64,000 nucleotides of DNA from the human T2T-CHM13v2.0 reference genome, Homo sapiens. A program made the position numbers and the translations under genes. Below the pieces are notes generated by a model that was not told the DNA's origin, searched no databases, and saw nothing but the letters and a program-made list of their open reading frames with translations. Positions within the stretch are counted from its first letter, which is position 1. Each line of letters starts with the position of its first letter. The stretch lies in the NCBI RefSeq assembly GCF_009914755.1, contig NC_060928.1; one strand, given 5' to 3'. Of the stretch, positions 55,571 to 64,000 are shown piece by piece.

Positions 55571-57901
55571 ATAAATGACTCATAATTTTAAGAGCTTATT
55601 CTTTAGTTTCATTATCAAAAGGACTAGTTATTCAAGAAATGTTTTCCAAACGATCTGAATTGTGTCCATGATGTCGAAATTTATATATAACATATATTAT
55701 ATGACAATAATTTATATATAACAAATATTTCTGATTAGCAACATTAATACAAAGTTGGTGATGTTTTATTATAGATTAATAAAATAAAAACCAAGTTTGT
55801 ACCTTATTATGAGTTTACTCTTTTTCGTAGGATAGATTTCTAAATAGTAGTTGAATAGTGTTATTTTGAATATGAATATATACTAGCCAGGCCATCTGTA
55901 TACACAGAAAGAGAAATTCCTAACATTGTGTACTTGTTGAGAGATTCAGGATACTTATTCTGCTCTTTGCTTAGTCCAATTTCTATTGGAATTTCCTGAA
56001 AATAAATTAAAATAAGTCGTCTTTCCTATCCAGTACAGTACCGGCCTTCCTGCCTTAGAAAAGGTAACAAATGAACCCTTTACTTATCTTCCCTCTTACA
56101 TTTCTTCTTGGAACAATTTACATTCACAGGCCTGACATTTCCCATCCTTACTTTATATCCATATAGAACATCTTCTAAATAAGAATCCAATTTGGATTGA
56201 TTTAATTATTATAATTATTTAATAATATTTTAAATATCTTTCTCATATTTCCAGTTGAAATTAAAGAGTAAGATAAAGTAAAATTTACTTAAAGAATGTT
56301 AAAAATATATATATGTATATACACACACCTTTTTGCTCACTGTAAGCAATACTTTCAAATTTTTTCATTATATTTTATTAAAAAAACCCAGAATAATAAA
56401 AGTCATATGATTCTCTTCTCAAAGACATTGCAAAGGGCCTTGTAATCAAATTTCTATATAGACAAAATATTGTGTTTTCTGAAATATACCCAGTATTTTA
56501 TAAATAATATTCATGGTTTCTTGCCTTAGGTTCAAATAATTCATTTATTTATTATTTGTATTATATGCTACTATTTTAAATTGTGCTTTTTTCCTTTGTC
56601 CGTCAAGATATTTTCTGAATACCTTATCTCAATATCCTGTTCACTTCTTCAATCTATTGTGACATCTTAACATTATTTAATCAATTCATAGGTCCCTAGC
56701 CCTTCTGGGTTTAGCCTTTTAATTATTGCATGTTTATTATCATTTGTTGTTATTGTCTCATTTCATTAGATTTTCCCTCTTCCCCTTTTTTCTCATCTGT
56801 GAAATTCTAAACTATTTTTGAAGTACTTCTTTTCCATCTGTTTTTGTTCAAAAATATACATAGTTTTAAATAACAAAGCCCCTTTCCAATGAAGTTTTAT
56901 AAACTTCTCTTATACAAGAGAAATTTGCATATTCATTTTCCACATACAAAACAGTGATTCGATTTTAATTTCAAAAGCCCTATTTTAATCACTTCCTAAG
57001 TTTTATTGATAGCTTGTATTGATCAATATGCTGTATCAACTAAAATTCTTTGTACTGAAATGAAAGATCATGGTAAAATCCATTCTTTCAAATCTTATAT
57101 TGTATAGTGAAAATTCCTAAATTCATGTGATTATTTCTAAAAGAAAAACAGCATACATTATTATATATGAGAATATGCTATCTTAAATTTGACCTGTACA
57201 GTTAAATCATTGATTTGTTTTTCATAAATTCCTGTTGATTTATTATTGTTTGAGCAAAGCTACCTTAGAAATTCAATTTTTGTGCTTCCCTAAAACATAC
57301 AACAAACTCCTTATTTTGATTGATTTGAATTATGACAATAATGCTTCTTCAGGTCATTTCCCTTGAATTAATAATGGTCTCCATCTCCTAATACTTTTCT
57401 AGCAAGATATTCTTGCTACTTATAAAGCAAATTCTTACAAGTAAGCTCTCCTTGAAAGTGTTTCATTCTCTCCTGTAGTAATTCTATCAGAGGCTTGTGC
57501 AAATTTTCTAAATCCATCTTTTATCTGGTATAGATGATTTAAAAAATAGACAAACATGTGAAGAAATACACTTTACTCCTGTTTCTTCTCTTGGCCATAA
57601 GTTGCCTTACTTACATTTTTTTTCTATCTTCTCTCTGTTAATTATTTAGCTGTTTCTTCTTTTGTATATTCATCTACCTTCTCTTGGTCTCCCCGATTAA
57701 ATTTCTTCAGCAGTTTCTACTATGCTTGTATGCATTTCTGCTCATCCTTAAAACCATTTGTTACCTTATTAGAATAGTGTTAATATTTACGGATAAGAAT
57801 TTTTACCAAAAATAACCTTTGGTACCTGCATGATATTTTGCTAACTGCATCTGTGGCTACTTACTAGAAGGGATGTGAAATGTTTTATCAAAAATGATAC
57901 A

Positions 57902-58290
57902 TGCAGTGATTCATTTTATGCATCAGCTTGACTGGGCCATGGACTACCCAAACATTTAGTCAAACATTTTCTGTGTGTCTGTGAGAACAGGTAGACTGAA
58001 TAAAGCAGATAGTTCTCTCTAACATAGACGGACCTCATCCAAATAATTGAAGACATGAATGGAAGAAAAAAGGTAAAAAGTAGTTTCTTTTGCCTTACTA
58101 TTTGAGTGAGGATATTGGTCTTTTCCTGCCTTCAAACTCATACTAAAACATTGGCTTATCTTAGGTCTTGAACCTGCCAACTTTCAGACTGGAACTACAG
58201 ACCAACAATTCTGGTTTCCAGCTTGCCAACAACAGATCTTAGGGAATCTCAGCCTTTATAATTGTGTGAGCCAATTTCATATATATACAA
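57902..58290 (+). mobile_element. MLT2 (MLT2D-like) ERVL LTR
   Basis: attttatgcatcagcttgactgggccatgg, gtagactgaataaagcagat, ctcagcctttataattgtgtgagccaatt. Confidence 0.9.
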
Positions 58291-58299
58291 GCTGTGTCT

Positions 58300-58433
58300 A
58301 TGGGTACACCATCCATGCCATAATAGAAATCCCAAGAACTTGTTCATCGTATAACTGAAATTACGTACTCTTTGACCAACATTTCCAATTTCCTTCACCT
58401 CCCACCTCCTGAAAACCACCATTCTACTCTGTT
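58300..58433 (-). mobile_element. L1MA8/9-like 3'UTR fragment
   Basis: agaacttgttcatcgtataactgaaa...tttgaccaacat...aaccaccattctactctg. Confidence 0.85.
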
Positions 58434-59393
58434 ATTATAGTAATCAAAATAGTATGGCATAAAAGGGCATAAAAAACAGAGCTGTAGGCTAAATAAACAC
58501 AATAGAGATCCCAGAAATAAGCCCATGCATATATTGTCAACTAATCTTTGGGAAGAGTGCCATGAATACACGATTGGGAAAGGAATATCTCTTCAATAAA
58601 TGATGATGAAAAAATTGAATATCCACATGCAAAAGAATGAAATTAGGCCCATGTCTTACACTATATACAAAAATTAACTTAACATGGAATAAAGACTTAC
58701 ATATAAGATCTGAAACTATAAAACTCCTAGAAAAACAAAAGCTTAGAAAAAATCTCTTTGACATTAATCTTGGCAATGATTTTTTAGGGTATCTTAAAAA
58801 TCTTCTGCACAGCAAAGGAAACAACGACATTCAAATTCAACCTATATAATGGGTGAAAATATGTACAAACCATATATCTGATAAACAGTTAACAACCAAA
58901 ACGTATAAGTAACTCACAAAACTCAATAGCAAAAAAGAACCCCCAAAACCTAAATAAATATGGGAAAATGACCTGAATAGACATGTTTTCCAATAAAAAC
59001 ATACAAATAGCCAATAGATATATGAAAAGGTACTCAACATCACTAATCATCAGATAAATACCATTCAAAACCAAAATGAGATATCACCTAGTACATGCGA
59101 GCATAGCTATTATCAAAAAGACAAGAGGTAACACATTTGCAAGGGTATGGAGAAAAGGGTGTAAAGAAAAGGTATACACCATTGATGTGAAGATAAGTTG
59201 GTATAGCCATTATAGAAAAAGGTGTGAAGATTCCTCAGTAAATTAAAAATAGAACTACCATACAATCCAGCAACTCTACTTCTCGGTACATAGCCAAAAT
59301 AAATGAAATCAATATCTAAAAGAAATATCTTCAACTCTATGTTCACTGTAGCATTATTCACAACAGCCAAAGTATAAAAATTACCCAAAATTG
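58434..59393 (+). mobile_element. L1MA-type ORF2 C-terminal segment
   Basis: [35 protein letters not shown] and atagaactaccatacaatccagcaact. Confidence 0.9.
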
Positions 59394-59800
59394 ATTATGT
59401 TATCATTATGAAATGACGGTCTTTATCTTTTGTAATATGCTCTACCCTGAAATTAACTTTGTCTGAGAGTGACTTTGCTAATCCAACTTTTAAAAAAAGT
59501 AGGGTTACCATCTTATATCTTTTCCATGCTTTAACTTTTCTTGTATTTGAATATGTATATATAAAGTACAGTTTTATAGGCAGCATATTATTCTTGGATT
59601 CTTGTAAAATCACACAATCTCTGCCTTTTAATTACAAGATTTAGAACATTTATATTAATGTGATTATGAACATATTTATTTTGAATCTATTATCCTGCTA
59701 TATTTTTGCAATTGTGTTTTCTGTTATTTGATTCTTTTCCACTCTTTTTATCTCTGAATTTATTGAATATATTTTTGTATGCTTGTTTGTCATCTGTTTA
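59394..59800 (-). mobile_element. Old L1M ORF2 endonuclease-region fragment
   Basis: ORF 59395-59613 (KVKAWKRY...KVGLAKSLSDKVNFR...ITKDKDRHFIMI) resembles the L1 endonuclease. Confidence 0.8.
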
Positions 59801-59849
59801 CTTTCTCTGGTTAGTATCTATTAAGAATTTTGCCTATTTTTAATTGGGT

Positions 59850-59960
59850 TCCTCCTCCTCCTCCTCCTCCTACTTTTCTTCTTCTTCTTCTTCTTCTTTC
59901 TTCTTCTTCTTCTTCTTCTTCTTCTTCTTCTTCTTCTTCTTCTCCTTCTTCTTCTTCTTC
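59850..59960. repeat. (TCC)n-(TTC)n trinucleotide tract
   Basis: Read directly from the sequence. Abuts the L1PA8 tail. Confidence 0.97.
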
Positions 59961-59989
59961 ATTTTCCTTTTTTTTTTCAGTTTTTCACC

Positions 59990-60601
59990 TTTTTTTTTTC
60001 TTTACTTTAAGTTCTGGGATACATGTGCAGAACTAGCATGTTTGCTGCATAGGTATACATGTGCCATGGTGGTTTGCTGCACTTATCAATCCATGATCTA
60101 GGTTTTATGCCCCGCACGCATTAGGTATTTGTCCTAATGCTCTCCCTCCCCTTGCCCCCCCACCCCCTGACAGGCCCCGATGTGTGATATTTCCCTTCCT
60201 GTGTCCATGTGTTCTATTGTTCAACTTCCACTTATGAGTGAGAACATGTGGTATTTGGTTTTCTGTTCCTGTGTTACTCTGCTAAGAATGATGGCTTCCT
60301 GTTTCATCCATGTCCCTGCAAAGGACATGAACTAATTCTATTTTATGGCTGCATAGTATTCCATGGTGTCTATGTGCCACATTTTCTTTATCCAGTCTAT
60401 CATTGATGGGCATTTGGGTTGGTTCCAAGTCTTTGCTACTGTAAATAGTTCTGCATTAAACATACATGTGCATGTGTCTTTATAGTAGAATGAATTATAA
60501 TCCTTTGGTTATATACCCAGTAATGGGATTGCTGGGTCAAATGGTATTAGTTCTAGATCCTTGAGGAATCGCCACACTGTCTTCCACAATGGTTGAACTA
60601 A
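59990..60601 (-). mobile_element. L1PA8-like 5'-truncated 3' end
   Basis: ttactttaagttctgggatacatgtgcagaac and ctaggttttatgcccgcacgcattaggtatttgtcctaatgc. Confidence 0.93.
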
Positions 60602-60605
60602 GTCC

Positions 60606-60923
60606 TTTGTTTGTTTGTTTGTTTGAGACAAGATCTTGTTCTGTCACCCAGGCTGGAGTGCACTGTTGTGATCATGGCTCACTGCAGCCTCCACCTTTCT
60701 GCCCTAAAGGCTCAAGCAATCCTTTAACCTCACCCACCCAAATAGCTGGGCCTACAGGTGACTACAAGGCCATGCCCCCACACCCAACAAATTTTTGTAT
60801 TCTTTTGTAGAGTGGGTTGCACCATGTTGCTCAGGCTGTTCTCAGAGTCCTGGGCTCAAGTGATCTGCCTGCCTTGGCCTCCCAAAGTGCTGAGATTACA
60901 GGCATGAGCCACCACATTTGGCC
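60606..60923 (-). mobile_element. AluJ
   Basis: (TTTG)n tail, gatcatggctcactgcagcctc, cctgggctcaagtgatc. Confidence 0.93.
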
Positions 60924-60956
60924 TATTCTTTGTTTTCTTATTGTTGAGTTTTAAAA

Positions 60957-61092
60957 GATGGGCATTTGGGTTGATTCCATGTTTTTGCTATTGTGAATTA
61001 TGCTGCAATAAACACTTGCATGCATGTATCTTTATAATAGAGTGATTTATATTCCTTTGGGTATATACCCAGTAATGGGATTGCTGGGTCAA
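60957..61092 (-). mobile_element. L1PA (older, about PA8-PA13) non-inverted segment, 3' end absent
   Basis: gatgggcatttgggttgattccatg ... cccagtaatgggattgctgggtcaa. Confidence 0.9.
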
Positions 61093-62730
61093 CTCTCAAT
61101 CAACTCAGTATTTAGGGAAAATACCTCAAAATAATAAGAGCCATTTATGACAAACCCACAGCCAGTATCATACTGAATGGCAAAAGCTGGAAGCATTCCC
61201 CTTAAAAACCAGCACAAGACAAAGATGACCTCTCTTACCACTCCAACATAATATTGGAAGTTCTGGCCAGGGCAATCAGGCAAAAGAAAGAAATAAAGGG
61301 TATTCAAATAGGAAGAGAGGACGTCAAATTGCCTCTGTTTGCAGATGACATGCTCCCATATCTAGAAAACCCCATTGTCTTAGCCCAAAAGCATTTAAGC
61401 TGATAAGCAACTTCAGCAAAGTCTCAGGATAAAAAATCAATGTGGGAAAATTGCAAGCATTCCTATACACCAACAATAGACAAGCAGAGAGCCAAATCAC
61501 GAATGAACTCCAATTCACAATTCCTAAAAGAGAATAAAATGCCTGAGAATACAGTTAACAAGGGAAGTGAAGGCCCTCTTCAAGGAGAACTATGAACCAG
61601 AGCTCAAGGAAACAATAAAAAATGACACAAACAAATGGAAAAACATTCCATGCTCATGAATAAGAAGAATCAATATCATGAAAATGACCATACTGCTCAA
61701 AGTAGTTTATAGATTCAATGCTATTCCCATTAAACTTCCATTGACGTTCTTCACAGAATTAGAAAAAACTATTTTAAATTTTATGTGGAACCAAAAGAGA
61801 GCCCATATAGCCAAGGCAATCCTAAGCAAAAAGAACAAAGCTGGGGACACTATGGCACCTGACTCCAAACTATACTACAAGCTACAGTAACCAAAACAGC
61901 ATGGTACTGGTACAAAAACAGACACATAGACCAATGGAACAGAATAGAGAACCCAGAAATAAGATCGCACATCTACAACCATCTGATCTTCGACAAACCT
62001 ATCAAAAGCAAGCAATGGGGGAATGGCTTCCTATTTAATAAATGTTGCTGTGAGAACTGGCTAGCCATATGCAGAAAATTGAAACTGGACCCCTTTCTTA
62101 CATTATATACAAAAATTAACTCAAGATGGATTAAAGACTTAAACGTAAAATCAAAAACTATAAAAACCCAGATGAAAACCTAGGTAATACCATTCAGGAC
62201 ATAGGCACAGGCAAAGATATCATGATGAAACCACCAAAAGCAACTGCAACAAAAGCAAAAATTGGCGAATGGGATCTAATTAAACTAAAGAGCTTATGTA
62301 CAGCAAAAGAAACCCTCATCAGGGCAACTTACAGAGTGGGAGAAAATTTTTGCAATCTATCCATCGGACAAAGGTCTAATATCCAGAATCTAAAAGGAAC
62401 TTAATTAAATTTACAGGAAAACAAAAAAACAACCCCATTAAACAGTGGGCAAAAGCCATGAACACACACTTTTCAAAAGAAGACATTTTTGTGGCCAACA
62501 AGCATTTGAAAAAAAGCTCAACATCACTGATCATCAGAAAAATGGAAATCAAAACCACAATGAGATATCATCTCACGCCACTCAGAATGGTGATTATTAA
62601 AAGGTCAAGAAACAACAGATGCTGGTGATGCTGTGGAAAAATAGGAGTGCTTTTACACTGTTGGTGGGAATGCAAATTAGTTTAACCATTGTGGAAGACA
62701 GTGTGGTAATTCCTCAAAGACCTAGAATCA
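61093..62730 (+). mobile_element. L1PA ORF2 (RT to C-terminus) inverted segment
   Basis: tttgcagatgacatg (FADDM) and ORFs [36 protein letters not shown] and [14 protein letters not shown]. Broken by stops and frameshifts. Confidence 0.95.
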
Positions 62731-62819
62731 TTAGTCCTTTGATTTTCTATAACACATCTAAAATGAACTGTACTCATTAAAGCATCTTCCCTTGATATTC
62801 TATTTTTAAATTTCCTTTT

Positions 62820-64000
62820 AATTATTTTTAAATTGGCATAATAATTGTACATATTTATTGGGTATAGAGTGATAGTTTAATATATGTATACAACATGTAA
62901 TAACCTAATCAAGGTAATTAGCATATCTTTCCCTTTAAACATTTTTTATTTCTTTGTATTATTAGCACTAAAATCTTCTCTTTTAGGTATTTTAAAATAT
63001 ACAATAAATTATTGTTAACTATAGTCAACCCACAGTTCTGAAGAACACTGGAACTTATTCCTCCTATTTAGCTGTAATTTTTGGTTTGTTAACTAAACTC
63101 TCCTTATCCACCCCTTCCCCTGACCGTTTCCAGCCTCTAATAACCACAATTCTGCTCTCTATTTCCATGAGCCCAACATTTTAAGCTCCTCTATATGAGT
63201 TAGAGCAAGTGGTATTTATCTTTCTGTGTCTGACCCATTTCACTTACTCCAATGTCCTCCAGGCTCAACCATGTTGTCACGAATGACAAGATTTCACTCC
63301 TGTTTGTGGCTAACTAGTATTCCAATATGCATATATGTCACATTTTCATTATCCATTTATCTGTTGGCAGACACTTTGGTTGACTATATCTTAGCCTTTG
63401 TCAATGGTGCTGTAATAAACATGGGAATGCAGATATCTCTTTGATATACTAATTTTTTTCTTTGAGTCAATACCTAGTAGAGGATTGATGAATCATATCA
63501 TATTCCTATACTAATTTTTAAAGGAGCTTCCATAATATTTTCCATAATGGCTGCACTAGCTTACATTTCCAATGGCTGAGTTTCTTTTCTGCCCATCTTT
63601 ACCAGCATTTCTTATTTTTGGTCTTTTTTATAATAGCCATTCTGTCTTGGGTGAGGTAATATCTCATGTGGTTTTGGTTTGCATTTTCCTGATGATAAGT
63701 TACATCGGGGATTCGTATGTTTTCTTTTAATAAATGACTATGCAGATCCTTTGCCCACTTTTTAATGGGATTTTTTGTTTGTTTGTTGTTTCTGTTAGAT
63801 GTTGCATTGAGTTCCTTGGATATTTTGGATATTAATTTGTTATTAGACAAACCCTTTGCAAGTGTTTTATCCTATTTTACATGTTATCTCCTTAATCATT
63901 TCATAGTTTCTGTGTAAAAGCTTTTTAGTTTGATATAATATCTTTTGTCTATTTTTGTCTGTTCATCTGAAGTCTTACTCATAAAATCTTCACACAGACC
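62820..64000 (-). mobile_element. L1MA5/6-like 3' end, runs off the window
   Basis: taattgtacatatttattgggta and aaatatacaataaattattgttaactatagtc. ORF NPIKKWAKDL...RMAIIKKTKNKKCW. Confidence 0.92.

Noticed and set aside
59830-60101. Poly-Pro/Leu/Ser/Phe ORFs
   Set aside because: These are translations of the TCC/TTC microsatellite.
61093-62730. Active reverse transcriptase gene
   Set aside because: An L1 ORF2 fragment with stops and frameshifts, lacking the endonuclease, ORF1 and promoter.

Overview
This is AT-rich, CpG-depleted primate genomic DNA. An L1PA2-type insertion points to human or great ape. It looks like a gene desert or the interior of a very large intron. I find no supportable protein-coding exon, RNA gene, CRISPR array or prokaryotic system. 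The ORFs with recognisable content come from Alu, L1, Tigger1 or simple repeats, and the rest look like chance ORFs. Roughly half the window is interspersed repeat: 15 Alus (J and S), L1s from L1PA2 to L1ME (including a long decayed L1ME at about 43.3-50.4 kb), a full-length Tigger1, MER45A, L2 and MIR relics, and solo LTRs (MLT1, MLT2, MER67-like). The more interesting signals are structural: a perfect 37-bp copy templated from 980 bp away, an 84-bp dispersed duplicate at an L1 end, three LINE inversions with twin-priming-like geometry (one in an L2), an internally primed L1 fragment with TSDs, and small inverted-repeat scars. There are also a few candidate regulatory islands. Family calls come from remembered consensus sequences, not database searches, so subfamilies and the boundaries of old elements are approximate. 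I did not find a novel biological system.
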